Source of the DNA: Nemertoderma westbladi | Taxonomy: Eukaryota > Animalia > Xenacoelomorpha | Length of the DNA: 64,000 nucleotides | Assembly: GCA_032718475.1 (NCBI GenBank) | Contig: JAUCBJ010001846.1 | Coordinates: forward strand, 537,588 to 601,587 | Direction of reading: 5' to 3' | Shown here: piece by piece, positions 21,390-32,716 of the stretch | Layout of the letters: the number at the start of each line of letters is the position of its first letter | How positions within the stretch are numbered: position 1 is the stretch's first letter | Notes under the pieces: generated by a model | What the model saw: only the letters and a program-made list of their open reading frames with translations | What the model was told of the DNA's origin: nothing | The model's database searches: none | Translations under genes and position numbers: made by a program

Positions 21390-22763
21390 TTAAATGATTG
21401 ATGCAGGTAATTCACCTACCAAATCAGGGGCAATGCCAATATAAGTGGAGGGGGTAAGGGCTTGTAACTGTTTTTTATCCGCGTTGGGAATAGACAACCC
21501 CTCAACGAATGTGGCAATGGTTTGTTGGTCAATCGTGTGGCCACGCGTTAAGTGTTTAAGCTTTTCATAGGCATCTGCGATGCCATGCTTTCGCATCACA
21601 GTTTGAATAGGTTCAGCCAATAACATCCATGCACCTGACAGGTCTTTTTCAATCGCTTTTTGGTTAATTTCAAGTTTATTTAACCCTTTTTTCAGGCCAA
21701 AAAAACCAAGCGCCATATAACCTGTAGCTGTTCCCATGTTACGAATGGCGGTGGAGTCAGATAAATCACGCTGATAGCGTGAAATAGGTAATTTTTCAGA
21801 TAGGTGAGAAAAAACAGCATTACTTAACCCTAAATTACCCTCTGCATTTTCAAAATCAATGGGGTTTACCTTATGGGGCATGGTTGAAGAACCCACCTCG
21901 TTTGCCTTTAATTTTTGGGTAAAATAATTCAGCGAAATATACCCCCAACAATCACGTGATAAATCCATTAAAACACTATTAATACGAATACAAGCATGCC
22001 CAAATTCCGCCATGTAATCGTGCGGTTCAATTTGGGTAGTCAAAAGTTGTGGGTACAGCTTTAAACTTGCCATAAATGATTGGCTAACTGATACCCAGTC
22101 AATTTGGGGGTAGGCCGCCACGTGGGCATTAAAATTACCCACTGCCCCATTGAATTTACCATAAATCTTTACCCTTTTTAACAAAAGCGCTTGGGTATAC
22201 AAGCGTTTGGCAAACACAGCAATCTCTTTACCTAGCGTGGTGGGTGAGGCAGCTTGGCCATGGGTGCGAGAAAGCATAGCCACATTTTTGTGCGCATGGC
22301 TGAAGGTTTTAAGCTGTTGGTAGATATTTTCAATATCAATTAGCAGTTGGTCACACGATGCTTTTAGCATCAAAGCATGCGAGACATTGTTGATATCCTC
22401 AGAGGTGCACGCAAAATGAACAAATGAAACAGCCTTTTCAAGACCCAGTGTTCTCAATTTTTGAGCAACAAAATATTCCACCGCCTTAACATCATGGTGG
22501 GTACTTTGCTCAATTTTTTTAATGGTTTGGGCATCCTCAATGCTAAATTTTTCATAAATGTCTTGCAACGGCTCAATGGCTTGGGCAGAAAATGTTGGCA
22601 GCTCAGGGATTAGGTCATTTTTAGACAAATGAATAAGCCAATAAACTTCTACCATGGTGCGAAACCGCATCAACCCAAATTCACTCACAATAGGTTGATA
22701 AGTGCCTAAGCGGCTGGCATAACGCCCATCAAGGGGGGAAATTGCGTTAAGTTTGTCAATCAT
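21390..22763 (-). CDS. purB: Adenylosuccinate lyase
   Basis: AISPLDGRY and GSSTMPHKVNPIDFEN. Confidence 0.98.
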   Translation of the reverse strand: MIDKLNAISPLDGRYASRLGTYQPIVSEFGLMRFRTMVEVYWLIHLSKNDLIPELPTFSAQAIEPLQDIYEKFSIEDAQTIKKIEQSTHHDVKAVEYFVAQKLRTLGLEKAVSFVHFACTSEDINNVSHALMLKASCDQLLIDIENIYQQLKTFSHAHKNVAMLSRTHGQAASPTTLGKEIAVFAKRLYTQALLLKRVKIYGKFNGAVGNFNAHVAAYPQIDWVSVSQSFMASLKLYPQLLTTQIEPHDYMAEFGHACIRINSVLMDLSRDCWGYISLNYFTQKLKANEVGSSTMPHKVNPIDFENAEGNLGLSNAVFSHLSEKLPISRYQRDLSDSTAIRNMGTATGYMALGFFGLKKGLNKLEINQKAIEKDLSGAWMLLAEPIQTVMRKHGIADAYEKLKHLTRGHTIDQQTIATFVEGLSIPNADKKQLQALTPSTYIGIAPDLVGELPASII

Positions 22764-22824
22764 TTTTTCAATCCAGTGATGGTTCGTTTATACTTAAAAC
22801 TTAATAAATTTTTTACACACCACC

Positions 22825-25392
22825 ATGTTAGCGTATTATCAACAACATTTAAACGACAGAAAAAAACAACACCTTCCACCTAAGTCTTTAGATGCTAAAC
22901 AAGCCGATGAACTGGTCAAGCTGATCCAATCAAACACAAATGATCCAGCCATTTTATTACACCTATTAAGCGAGTGTGTTCCTCCAGGGGTGGATGAGGC
23001 TGCCTACATCAAGGCTGCTTTTTTATCAAACATTGCTTTTCGTCAAACACCTTGCGCCCTCATAAGTCCTGTTGAGGCAACCAAACTGCTAGGCAGCATG
23101 CGTGGGGGGTATAACGTGGAAAGCCTTGTCAAACTTTTAAATATGGATGAGTCAGTGGCCAAACAAGCCGCACATGCGTTATCGCACACCATTTTGGTGT
23201 ATGATCATTTTCACGACATTGTTAAACTGGCTAACCAAGGCAATGTGCATGCCCAATCGGTTTTACAAACATGGGCGGATGCCAAATGGTTTTTAAACAC
23301 CCCTGAGATTGAAAATGTGATGAAACTAGCTGTCTTTAAAGTAGATGGCGAGATCAACACCGACGATCTTTCCCCTGCAACAGAGGCTTGGAGCCGACCC
23401 GATATTCCTCTACATGCAACATCCATGCTCACCAACACCCTAACTGATGCCGCCAAACAAATTGAAGCCATTAATGCCTTGGGGCATCCCGTTGCTTTTG
23501 TAGGTGATGTAGTCGGCACAGGCTCATCTCGTAAATCGGCCATGAATTCACTGCTGTGGCATTTTGGAAAGCCAATTCCGTTTGTACCCAATAAAAAACA
23601 AGGCGGCGTGGTACTGGGTCAAAAAATTGCCCCCATCTTTTTTAACACCGCACAGGATTCAGGCGTGCTCCCCATTGAGTGTGATGTGAGTCAATTAAAA
23701 ATGGGCGATATTATCACCATTTGCCCCCATGATGGCCAAATTAAAAATGAGGCGGGTCAAACCGTTTCCACCTTCAACTTACGCCCCAATACCTTGTTAG
23801 ATGAAATACGCGCTGGTGGGCGAATCCATCTAATTATTGGCCGAGGGCTAACCGATAAAGCGCGCGAGGTATTAGGCTTAAAGCCAAGTGAAGTGTTCAT
23901 TCGCCCCCAAACCCCTGTGTTAGATCAAAAATTCACACTGGCGCAAAAAATGGTCGGTCGTGCTTGCGGGGTAAAAGGCATTGCCCCCCATACCTACTGT
24001 GAACCTAAAATGAGCACCGTGGGTTCGCAAGACACCACAGGGGCCATGACACGCGATGAGCTCAAAGAGCTCGCCTGTTTGGGTTTTTCGGCCGATTTGG
24101 TCATGCAATCATTTTGTCACACCGCCGCTTATCCAAAACCGGTTGACATTAAGCTACAACACAGCTTGCCTGATTTTATCATCAGTCGAGGTGGGGTCTC
24201 GCTAAACCCAGGCGATGGCATTATTCATTCATGGTTAAATCGCATGTTGCTGCCTGACACCGTTGGTACAGGCGGTGACTCCCACACACGCTTCCCTCTA
24301 GGTATTAGTTTTCCGGCAGGCTCAGGTTTAGTTGCCTTTGCGGCCACATCAGGGGTGATGCCGCTAGATATGCCAGAATCAGTTTTAGTACGCTTTAAAG
24401 GCGAGATGCAACCCGGCATCACCCTGCGTGATTTGGTCAATGCCATTCCTTACGTTGCAATCCAAAAAGGGTTACTCACGGTTGAGAAAGAAAACAAACA
24501 AAATATATTTTCAGGTCGCGTGCTTGAAATTGAAGGCTTGGGCGATTTAAAAGTAGAACAAGCCTTTGAGCTATCCGATGCCTCGGCTGAGCGCTCCGCC
24601 AACGGGTGCACGGTGCGTTTAAACAAAGCCCCCATTGTTGAATACCTGCAATCAAACATTGTACTGTTAAAAAATATGATCGGTGCTGGTTATGGCGAAA
24701 AAAAAACCTTAGCTCGGCGAATTCAATGCATGCAACAATGGCTGGATAAGCCCGAATTACTGGTGCCCGATCGGGATTGTGCGTACGCCGCTGAAATTGA
24801 AATTAACCTAAATGAAATGACTCAACCCTTACTTGCTTGTCCCAACGACCCGGATAACATTAAACAACTCTCAGATGTCACAAACAATCCAATTGACGAA
24901 GTATTTATTGGGTCGTGTATGACCAACATTGGTCATTTTCGGGCGGCGGCTAAACTTTTAACCAACTATCGAAATCTGTCCACACGATTATGGGTGGTGC
25001 CGCCCACACGCATGGATGAGGCACAACTGATTGAAGAGGGCTACTATTCAATTTTTGGCCAAGTAGGTGCACGCACCGAAACCCCCGGGTGTTCCCTTTG
25101 TATGGGCAACCAAGCACGGGTGGCTGATGGTGCAGCGGTGATGTCAAGTTCCACCCGCAACTTCCCCAATCGAATGGGTAAGGATGCTAACGTGTATTTA
25201 GGCTCGGTTGAGCTTTGTGCCATTTGCGCCATTTTAGGGCGAATGCCCACCACAGATGAATACCAAACGCATATGAAGGTGCTTGAAAATCAGGTGGGTG
25301 ATATTTATCGGTATTTAAATTTTGACCAATTGCAGGCCTATATTAAGCGCTCAAATGCTGTTTCGATTGATTCCATTTTACATCAAGCTTAA
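22825..25392 (+). CDS. acnB: Aconitate hydratase B
   Basis: [32 protein letters not shown]. Confidence 0.99.
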   Translation: MLAYYQQHLNDRKKQHLPPKSLDAKQADELVKLIQSNTNDPAILLHLLSECVPPGVDEAAYIKAAFLSNIAFRQTPCALISPVEATKLLGSMRGGYNVESLVKLLNMDESVAKQAAHALSHTILVYDHFHDIVKLANQGNVHAQSVLQTWADAKWFLNTPEIENVMKLAVFKVDGEINTDDLSPATEAWSRPDIPLHATSMLTNTLTDAAKQIEAINALGHPVAFVGDVVGTGSSRKSAMNSLLWHFGKPIPFVPNKKQGGVVLGQKIAPIFFNTAQDSGVLPIECDVSQLKMGDIITICPHDGQIKNEAGQTVSTFNLRPNTLLDEIRAGGRIHLIIGRGLTDKAREVLGLKPSEVFIRPQTPVLDQKFTLAQKMVGRACGVKGIAPHTYCEPKMSTVGSQDTTGAMTRDELKELACLGFSADLVMQSFCHTAAYPKPVDIKLQHSLPDFIISRGGVSLNPGDGIIHSWLNRMLLPDTVGTGGDSHTRFPLGISFPAGSGLVAFAATSGVMPLDMPESVLVRFKGEMQPGITLRDLVNAIPYVAIQKGLLTVEKENKQNIFSGRVLEIEGLGDLKVEQAFELSDASAERSANGCTVRLNKAPIVEYLQSNIVLLKNMIGAGYGEKKTLARRIQCMQQWLDKPELLVPDRDCAYAAEIEINLNEMTQPLLACPNDPDNIKQLSDVTNNPIDEVFIGSCMTNIGHFRAAAKLLTNYRNLSTRLWVVPPTRMDEAQLIEEGYYSIFGQVGARTETPGCSLCMGNQARVADGAAVMSSSTRNFPNRMGKDANVYLGSVELCAICAILGRMPTTDEYQTHMKVLENQVGDIYRYLNFDQLQAYIKRSNAVSIDSILHQA

Positions 25393-25420
25393 GCTCATAT
25401 TTTTAGGGCTATAAAGCACT

Positions 25421-27166
25421 GTGGCTAAAATTCCACAAAATTATTTGCATGATTTAATTGAGCGTATTGATATTAGCGATATTGTTAGTCGCCACGTTGA
25501 TTTAAAAAAACGGGGTGATAATTACTTAGGCCTTTGCCCCTTTCATGGGGAAAAAACCCCCTCATTTACCGTGAGTGCAAAAAAACAATTTTATCACTGC
25601 TTTGGCTGTGGGGCACACGGCAACGCTATTGATTTTATCACTCAAATTGAGGGCACAGGGTTTGTAGAAGCGGTTAAATCGTTGGCAGAGATAGCGGGCC
25701 TGCCACTACCTGATGTTGAAAATACCGCTACCTATGAAAAACATTTTTGGGTACTTAAAAGGGTGGCCAAATTTTACCAACAACAATTACATCAACATAT
25801 ATCAACGATTAATCCCTACCTAAAGGCACGTGGGATCAGTGAACAAAGTGTTGGGCAATTTGGTTTAGGCTTTGCCCCCAACGGATGGCAAAATTTATTT
25901 AAAGGCGGGCTTGATTCACACAAACAACGACTACTTGAATTAGGATTAACCATTCAAGGCCAAAAGGGCGTGTATGATCGGTTTCGTAACCGTTTAATGT
26001 TCCCCATTTGTGATAAAAAAAACCAAGTACTCGGTTTTGGGGCTCGGGTGCTGGATGATTCAACACCAAAGTATATGAACTCATCAGAAAGTTTGGTATT
26101 TCAAAAATCGCAACTTTTATACGGGTTGAATCAGCTTCAAACCAAGCCCGATTATGTGGTGCTCACCGAAGGCTACATGGATGTGTTAATGCTACACCAA
26201 CACGGCTGTAAAAAGGCCGTCGCAAGCCTTGGTACCGCCGTTGGCACAAGGCATATTGAAAACTTAAGGCGTTTAAGCCCACGACTTATTTTTTGTTTTG
26301 ATGCAGACGCTGCAGGTTTTAGGGCGGTGATTCGCACCCTTAAAGTGTTGCTTGAAAGCCGTTGGAGCGATGTAGAAGCGTACGAATTTTTACTCTTACC
26401 TAAAGGCTCAGACCCTGACAGCTTAGTTAAAAATAAGGGCATTGGGGCATGGGAGGCCGCCCTTGAAAGCACAAGAAGCTGGACGGATATTTTTATTAGT
26501 TACGTCACCCAAAAAAACCAACTCATTTTTAGCACGGCTGATAAACTCTTATGCTTGAAGCGGGCAGCCGATTTAATCCCTAAAAATACAGACCCGCGTT
26601 TTGTAGAGCTTATCATCCAACTGCTGGTAGAGAGACTAAATTGGCAGGCAGAATTGGTGCGCTCTCATTTATTAAACCCTTCAGGCACCGCTGAAAATAA
26701 AAATAGTGTGCCATCAAGGCAACAAACAGGCCAAGTTACCTTGTTGATTGATCGAGTAGGGATGTTATTGATGCATGAACCCGCCTTGATTAGTTTGTAC
26801 AATAAACGCCTCCAAGGGTTTGATAGCAGCGAATTTAGGTTGCTTGATCAATTAGCGGGGCTGATCAATACATTAAGCCAGCCCAAACAAAGTGCCCAAA
26901 TGGTGAGCATTGAAATCACCCAGCACCCCCAACTGCTTGCTTGGTACCAAAAGTGCCGCCACCTACAACACTTATATTTCACAATGAATGCAGATGATTT
27001 AGCCATTGAATTTAAAAACAGTGTAGAAAAATTGATTGAGCAACAACAACAAAAGCGTTTACAATACCTACAAGCCAAAATGCAAAACACCCCACTTGAG
27101 GCAGACGAGCAAAACGAGCTTAACAAACTGATACAATCACTGATTAAAGCCAAACAAAACCGCTAA
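25421..27166 (+). CDS. dnaG: DNA primase
   Basis: CPFH...CFGC zinc finger, RFRNRLMFPI, EGYMD, Toprim DAD. Confidence 0.97.
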   Translation: MAKIPQNYLHDLIERIDISDIVSRHVDLKKRGDNYLGLCPFHGEKTPSFTVSAKKQFYHCFGCGAHGNAIDFITQIEGTGFVEAVKSLAEIAGLPLPDVENTATYEKHFWVLKRVAKFYQQQLHQHISTINPYLKARGISEQSVGQFGLGFAPNGWQNLFKGGLDSHKQRLLELGLTIQGQKGVYDRFRNRLMFPICDKKNQVLGFGARVLDDSTPKYMNSSESLVFQKSQLLYGLNQLQTKPDYVVLTEGYMDVLMLHQHGCKKAVASLGTAVGTRHIENLRRLSPRLIFCFDADAAGFRAVIRTLKVLLESRWSDVEAYEFLLLPKGSDPDSLVKNKGIGAWEAALESTRSWTDIFISYVTQKNQLIFSTADKLLCLKRAADLIPKNTDPRFVELIIQLLVERLNWQAELVRSHLLNPSGTAENKNSVPSRQQTGQVTLLIDRVGMLLMHEPALISLYNKRLQGFDSSEFRLLDQLAGLINTLSQPKQSAQMVSIEITQHPQLLAWYQKCRHLQHLYFTMNADDLAIEFKNSVEKLIEQQQQKRLQYLQAKMQNTPLEADEQNELNKLIQSLIKAKQNR

Positions 27167-27244
27167 TTGTTGCACCTAAACTCGGCTGGAGCTGGCAAAC
27201 TGTTTTGCTGGTTTGCCAAAATTTGGCGGCTTAAACATCCACTT

Positions 27245-27807
27245 TAGATGTCCATTTCAAATACCCATTGCACTCGTGTTGATTAAAGATTTTTTAAATA
27301 TTGGAATCCATTTTTCATAACTAAAAACCGACCATGATCGGTGATAAACCTTACAAACATTAATAGCCTTGGGAATTGTTGGTAACTTGTTGCCAAGTTT
27401 CTTTAATGTATTTCCAAGTGCTTTGCCAAGCACAACTAGTCAGGCTTTAAGCCTTCTAGCACCGCTAAAAAAGGGCTGTAAGAAGACTGCCACATTTGTG
27501 AAGATGACCTGCATCTAGCGGCATCAAAAACATTCGCTTGAATGTAGTGATAAAAACCAACCTTTTCCCAAAATGTTTTTCGCTTGTCTGAAATATCATT
27601 CGTTATTAGTCATCCAAGTTTTGCAACTTTAGTGAAAAAAACGTACCGCTTTTTTGGCCCTAACTGGCGAACAACATGAATAGTTGTTTTAGGTGTTTTT
27701 TTCATCAACACTGTCATGAGACTTACCTAAAAACAAAACCTGTAGGCCATACAATCCTTTATTGTGATATTTTCGCCAACCCATGGCTTAAATATTAGTT
27801 TTTGCAT
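27245..27807 (-). pseudogene. Degraded gene resembling uracil-DNA-glycosylase-like hypothetical proteins; 3' end approximate
   Basis: Fragments FKPWVGEN, VLFLGKSH, FWEKVGFYHYIQ and VLEGLKPD occur in shifting frames. Confidence 0.45.
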
Positions 27808-27838
27808 GATAAATTATGCCATCTAGGTATTAAAAAAA

Positions 27839-28435
27839 CTATAAAACAGGTGGCTCTTTTTTTTCAAACAAGCGTTTGATATTAGCCTTGTGCCGATACA
27901 TTGAAAGCGTCGCCAACACCCCCATTAAAGCGGTGGTGGGAATATGTTCAAGCAATAAATACGTTGCAACAGGGAGGGTGGCCAAACTCATTAAAGCCGC
28001 CAAGGCTGAACGCTTGCCCCCTGTCAAAAATGCGACCAACCAAACCAACATCACCACAACCCCTAACTTCATGTTAAATGCCAACACAATCCCTAAAAGC
28101 GTCGCCACCCCCTTTCCCCCCTTAAATTGAAAAAATATCGGGTATAGGTGACCCAAAAAAACAGCCAACATCATCAACAATTGCATATTGTTGGGCAGGC
28201 TCATATAAGCCCCAAAAAATACCACAACAACCCCTTTAAACGCATCCAACAACAGCGTTAAAAGCGCCAACACCTTGGCTTGGGGGTGGCTGCCCCGCAG
28301 CATATTAGTAGCCCCTGGGTTTTGGGAGCCAAAAGCCCGTGGGTCGTCTGTTTTAAATACGCGGCTTAAAATGATTGAAAAATTAAGCGAGCCAACAAGA
28401 TAAGCCAGTATAATCAGGGTGATATTGACAAACAT
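27839..28435 (-). CDS. plsY: Glycerol-3-phosphate acyltransferase PlsY
   Basis: AYLVGS, GSQNPGATN, GHLYP, FKGGKGVAT, HKANIKRL. Confidence 0.96.
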   Translation of the reverse strand: MFVNITLIILAYLVGSLNFSIILSRVFKTDDPRAFGSQNPGATNMLRGSHPQAKVLALLTLLLDAFKGVVVVFFGAYMSLPNNMQLLMMLAVFLGHLYPIFFQFKGGKGVATLLGIVLAFNMKLGVVVMLVWLVAFLTGGKRSALAALMSLATLPVATYLLLEHIPTTALMGVLATLSMYRHKANIKRLFEKKEPPVL

Positions 28436-28446
28436 ACCATTAAAAA

Positions 28447-28812
28447 ATGAAAACAAAAGCCCAGCATACAATAAAAATTGAAAACTTATCAATCCCTGTG
28501 TTTTTGGGGGTGAGCCAAAAGGAGCGATCCACCCAACAAACGGTTATGCTTCAAATGGAGATCAACATTTTTGGACAAAAATCTGCCCAAAGTGATGACC
28601 TCAATGATACACTTGATTATGATCAACTGGTCAAAAAAATTATAGAGCATGTGCAGTCAAGACCGTGGTGTTTGTTAGAAGCTTTAAGTCAATCGCTTGG
28701 GGAGTTAATTTTGAAAAATAAACAGGTGACGTCGGCGCGGGTAAATATTCATAAACCCCAAGCGTTAGGCAAAACAGCCCAAGTTAGTGTTAAGTATTGT
28801 TGTCATATCTAA
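28447..28812 (+). CDS. folB: Dihydroneopterin aldolase
   Basis: GV...ER..Q, SDDLNDTLDY, LLE, KPQA; divergent from plsY as in many gammaproteobacteria. Confidence 0.92.
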   Translation: MKTKAQHTIKIENLSIPVFLGVSQKERSTQQTVMLQMEINIFGQKSAQSDDLNDTLDYDQLVKKIIEHVQSRPWCLLEALSQSLGELILKNKQVTSARVNIHKPQALGKTAQVSVKYCCHI

Positions 28813-28842
28813 CAACTAAAAAGTTTATAAATTCTTTTAGGC

Positions 28843-29691
28843 TTATTTTGCCCGAATAATATAATGAACCGAAATACTTTTTGGTCGGGTTTCATTATCA
28901 CCGCCTGTTATTGTGTGGGTGTGGTCGAGTGAGTTATGCGTAAAAGTGTCATACTTTGCAGTAATCCAGTCAGCGCCACCTCTTTGGGTGTCTGATGGAC
29001 CATCGATGACATAGCCCCGGTAAGTAACCGCTGTATCAAAACCTGAAAGCATTTCACTAGAAATGTAGTTTTGGTTTAAGAAGTCAACATGTACAAGCTC
29101 TCTCATCTGATGCTGATGTTTCCCATCATTTTGAACTTCAAAAGCGCTAGTAGGCATTTTTGTCAAATCGTTTTGTTTATTACCCACTGCGCCGCCTTCT
29201 GGAGTAGAGCCAAAACTAGCTACATCGCTATTTGTTCCAGCACCTCGTAAAAATAAACCCCGTAAATCGGGTAAGGTGGCTGTACCCAATACAGCAAACA
29301 AGGTGGGGTATTTGGTTTGATCAAAGGCAGATCCATCGGCTATCAAGTAATTTAAAGGTGCTTCTAAACCCATATAAGCCAGCACTGACCCAATGGGATT
29401 AATTTGTAAAGCAATGTGATCCAAAAGCCATTTATTCACCACACCATGATCCACCACAGGGGTGGCTACCCCATAAAGCGTAGCCAACTGATTTGCACTA
29501 TTTGCAAAATTAACAATTACATCGGTGGCAGACTCCACCGTGAGCTGTAAACTGCTATCAGGGTTTAGGGTAAAACGGGCGGAGGCGCTACCTGCGGGGC
29601 CAGCGATGTAAAAGGCGCTCAGCTGGCTTTGAGTTAAAAGTAGTAAAAGGGGAAGAAAAAAATTCATGTAAGCAGTTTTTTCTAGGCTCAT
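28843..29691 (-). CDS. Phage tail-collar domain protein with N-terminal signal-like peptide
   Basis: PIGSV...DGS....YPTLFAVLG...LPDLRGLFLRG collar motif; C-terminal ETRPKSISVHYII. Confidence 0.85.
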   Translation of the reverse strand: MSLEKTAYMNFFLPLLLLLTQSQLSAFYIAGPAGSASARFTLNPDSSLQLTVESATDVIVNFANSANQLATLYGVATPVVDHGVVNKWLLDHIALQINPIGSVLAYMGLEAPLNYLIADGSAFDQTKYPTLFAVLGTATLPDLRGLFLRGAGTNSDVASFGSTPEGGAVGNKQNDLTKMPTSAFEVQNDGKHQHQMRELVHVDFLNQNYISSEMLSGFDTAVTYRGYVIDGPSDTQRGGADWITAKYDTFTHNSLDHTHTITGGDNETRPKSISVHYIIRAK

Positions 29692-29776
29692 AATCTTGAT
29701 AACGTGTTTTTGTTTTTAGGATAAAATCGTCAATCATTTATACTATACACAATAATCAAATAATCCTATTTTTATT

Positions 29777-30769
29777 TTGGATTCGATCACACAATTGGCA
29801 TTGGGCTCTGTTGTAGGTTACGGGTGTGCGGGCAAAACCTTAGGCAAAAAGGCACTGTTGTGGGGCGCCATACTGGGCACTGTGCCTGATTTAGATGTTT
29901 TATTGACTGTTTTTTTAACGCCAGTTGAACAGTTGATGGTGCACCGCGGCTACACGCACTCATGGATTGTACATGTGTTTTTATCACCTCTGCTAGCGAA
30001 ACTGCTAAGTGTTTGGCACAAGGATAAACACTTTAAAAGGTGGTTGTATTTAGTGTTTTGGGTGTTGTTTACTCACAGCTTGATTGACTGGTTTACCTTG
30101 TACGGTACCCAAATTTTTAAACCACTTGATCACACCCCTTACAGCTTGGGGAATATTTTTATTATAGACCCTATTTTTACCTTGCCGCTGGTTGTTACGT
30201 TGGGCCTTGGGGTGTTTCGTAAAAATAGCGTTCGTGTTAGTCAGGTTATACTGGGTTTTTGTGCGGTTTATGCCTTGGTTGCTTTTATCATTCAGCAAAA
30301 CGTTCAATCAATTGCATTAAATGACTTTGATGGTGGCATTGAGCCAACACAGATGATTGTAAGCAACACACCGTTTAATATTGTGTTGTGGCGGGTTGTG
30401 GTGTTGGGTGAAACAGATTATTGGGAAGGTTTGGTAAGTGTTTTTGACAAAAAACCTGTTGAGTTTGTGCGCTATGGGCGCCGTTTAGATTATTTGGCTG
30501 ATTTAACGCGTGAAAAAGGGGATGAATTTAGTCAATTGGTGCATTTTTCACGCGGGTATTTTCGCCTGCGGCAGGTGGGTGATTGGTTGGTATTTGAGGA
30601 TATTCGAATCACCTTTCAGGGCACGCCTATTTTTGGTTACAAGGTAGCACATTTGGTGGAGGGCAGATGGGAGATGCTACACCCTATTGCTGCACGAGCG
30701 CCTTTTTCAGGTAGTTTTGAGTTGGGTGAGCAAATGCGTTGGTTGTGGGGTCGCATGTGGGGGTATTGA
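29777..30769 (+). CDS. Membrane-bound metal-dependent hydrolase (YdjM-like)
   Basis: MDSITQ, PDLDV, HRGYTHS, HSLID...YGTQ. Confidence 0.88.
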   Translation: MDSITQLALGSVVGYGCAGKTLGKKALLWGAILGTVPDLDVLLTVFLTPVEQLMVHRGYTHSWIVHVFLSPLLAKLLSVWHKDKHFKRWLYLVFWVLFTHSLIDWFTLYGTQIFKPLDHTPYSLGNIFIIDPIFTLPLVVTLGLGVFRKNSVRVSQVILGFCAVYALVAFIIQQNVQSIALNDFDGGIEPTQMIVSNTPFNIVLWRVVVLGETDYWEGLVSVFDKKPVEFVRYGRRLDYLADLTREKGDEFSQLVHFSRGYFRLRQVGDWLVFEDIRITFQGTPIFGYKVAHLVEGRWEMLHPIAARAPFSGSFELGEQMRWLWGRMWGY

Positions 30770-30772
30770 GCT

Positions 30773-31399
30773 TTAGGGGGTTTTCTGGTCAACCCAGCAC
30801 TGGATCAGGTATTTTAATAAAACCAATTGCCCATGAAAAAAATGACCTGCTTGGTGTAGCCACACACCATCAGCCTTTGGGCAATTGATTAGCCAGTGTA
30901 GGCAGGCGTTTGGGTTAATGATTTCATCTTGTTTACCTACAATGCCTAGGGTATTGCAGCTAGGGTGTAGTGTTTGAAAGTTATAAGGCTGTTTGCCCAC
31001 AGGTGGGGCAATGAGAATTAGTTTTTCAGGCTTAATAACAGGCTCGCAAACAGCACTGATATAAGCCCCAAAGGAAAAGCCTGCCAAGGTGATAGGTAGG
31101 TTGGGGTATTGTTGTTTTGCCCATTGCCACAGGGCGATTAGATCGTTTTTTTCATCCAAATTGTTGCTGAATGTGCCACTACTTTGACCCACACCGCGAA
31201 AGTTGTAACGAAGGCTAATGGCGTTTTGCGTGAGTGCATTGCGTGATAGGGTATAGACAATTTTGTTATTAAGCGTGCCCCCATGTTCGGGGTGAGGGTG
31301 GCTGATGATCCAGATGTTGGTGGGATTGGGGGGTTGTTCTTCAAGGAGCTCTAGGGTGCCTTTTGGGCTTGTAATAGGGTGTTTTTTTGCTAAGGGCAT
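30773..31399 (-). CDS. Alpha/beta hydrolase
   Basis: HPHP.HGGT, NFRGVG.S.G, GFSFG nucleophile elbow, GHFFHG. Confidence 0.9.
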   Translation of the reverse strand: MPLAKKHPITSPKGTLELLEEQPPNPTNIWIISHPHPEHGGTLNNKIVYTLSRNALTQNAISLRYNFRGVGQSSGTFSNNLDEKNDLIALWQWAKQQYPNLPITLAGFSFGAYISAVCEPVIKPEKLILIAPPVGKQPYNFQTLHPSCNTLGIVGKQDEIINPNACLHWLINCPKADGVWLHQAGHFFHGQLVLLKYLIQCWVDQKTP

Positions 31400-31503
31400 G
31401 GGGGTTATTGGTGTTTAGTTTTGGGGGTGCTGGTTGGGCTGTTTTTAACGTAAGCAGGTGCTACAATAGCGTGTGTATTTTTGACAAATTTTAGGCTGGT
31501 TTT

Positions 31504-32697
31504 ATGGATAAGCGCAAGCAAGTAAGCCAACAGGCGGATGTGTGTGTGAAGTGTGGGTTTTGTTTGCCAGCTTGTCCGACGTACCAGTTGACACAACATG
31601 AGTCGGATTCCCCACGGGGGAGAATTTCGCTTGTGCAAGCCATGGTGGATGAAAATTTCCCGCTAAATAATCCTGTTTTACAAAGCCATTTGCAGTCTTG
31701 TTTAACGTGCCGTGCTTGTGAGCAAATGTGCCCTGCCAAGGTGGAGTATGGGCAGATTATTGATTTTGCTAAGTCAGTGTTGCCTGTTCCCCGTTTTCGT
31801 CGTTTTTTGGTTTTTGTGTTGTCTAATCGTGGTTTGGTTCGATTGGCTAGCCGAGTTTTTTATATGTACCAACGCTTAAGGTTGGATCGGTTGTTGGGTT
31901 TTTTGGGGTTGTTTAAATGGCATATGTTGGGTCGGTTGAATGCTTATGTTCCAAAAATTAGGCATTTTTCACGGTTGAAGGCAGCGTATGTGGTTTTAAA
32001 TGAAAAAGGGCGTGTGGGGTTGTTTTTAGGGTGTGTGGCCGATGAGTTTGACCGTCAAACTGCTTTAAGCAGCATTAAGTTGTTAAACCGCTTGGGTTAT
32101 AGTGTTTTTTTGCCAAAAGGGCAGGGGTGTTGTGGTGCGATGCATGAGCATGCTGGGATGCCTGAAAAAGCCAAGTGGTTTCAATCAATTAATGAACGTG
32201 TATTTGGTGAAGTAGATGTGGATGTGGTGTTGTATTCAGCAAGCGGTTGCGGGGAGGCTTTGAAAAAAGGGCTGGGGGATGAAAGAGTGATGGAGGTAGG
32301 GGCGTTTGTTTTAAAACAAGCGAACAGTTTGCGTTTTCGGCCGTTAAAACAGAAAGTATTTTTACATTTGCCTTGTACACAGCGCAATGTGTTAAAGGCG
32401 CCTGATTTAACAAAAAGCATGCTAGATTTGTTGCCCAGTGTAGTGGTGAAAGAGTTACCAGGAAATGCCTTTTGTTGTGGAGCTGCGGGGCTTAATATGT
32501 TTGAAAACCCTAAAACGGCTGATCAATTGCGTGATCAAAAGTTAAAGGTGCTTGCAGGTGAGCCTTTTGATGTGTTAGTCACCACTAATATTGGCTGTTC
32601 GCTGCATTTTTCGGCAGGGCTTCAAAAAAATACCCCCCATGTGCGGGTACTTCACCCGGTGAGTTTGCTTGGTGAGGCATTGGTTGGGCGTGATTAA
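31504..32697 (+). CDS. glcF: Glycolate oxidase Fe-S subunit-like protein
   Basis: Two 4Fe-4S motifs (CVKCGFCLPAC, CLTCRACEQMC) and two CCG domains. Confidence 0.8.
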   Translation: MDKRKQVSQQADVCVKCGFCLPACPTYQLTQHESDSPRGRISLVQAMVDENFPLNNPVLQSHLQSCLTCRACEQMCPAKVEYGQIIDFAKSVLPVPRFRRFLVFVLSNRGLVRLASRVFYMYQRLRLDRLLGFLGLFKWHMLGRLNAYVPKIRHFSRLKAAYVVLNEKGRVGLFLGCVADEFDRQTALSSIKLLNRLGYSVFLPKGQGCCGAMHEHAGMPEKAKWFQSINERVFGEVDVDVVLYSASGCGEALKKGLGDERVMEVGAFVLKQANSLRFRPLKQKVFLHLPCTQRNVLKAPDLTKSMLDLLPSVVVKELPGNAFCCGAAGLNMFENPKTADQLRDQKLKVLAGEPFDVLVTTNIGCSLHFSAGLQKNTPHVRVLHPVSLLGEALVGRD

Positions 32698-32716
32698 TTT
32701 TTTATTAGATTAGCAA

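Noticed and set aside
7030-22830. Kozak-like CCGCCATG (rpmI) and CCACCATG (acnB) start contexts
   Set aside because: Two cases in C-rich, SD-poor leaders are compatible with chance; gene content and operons are plainly bacterial
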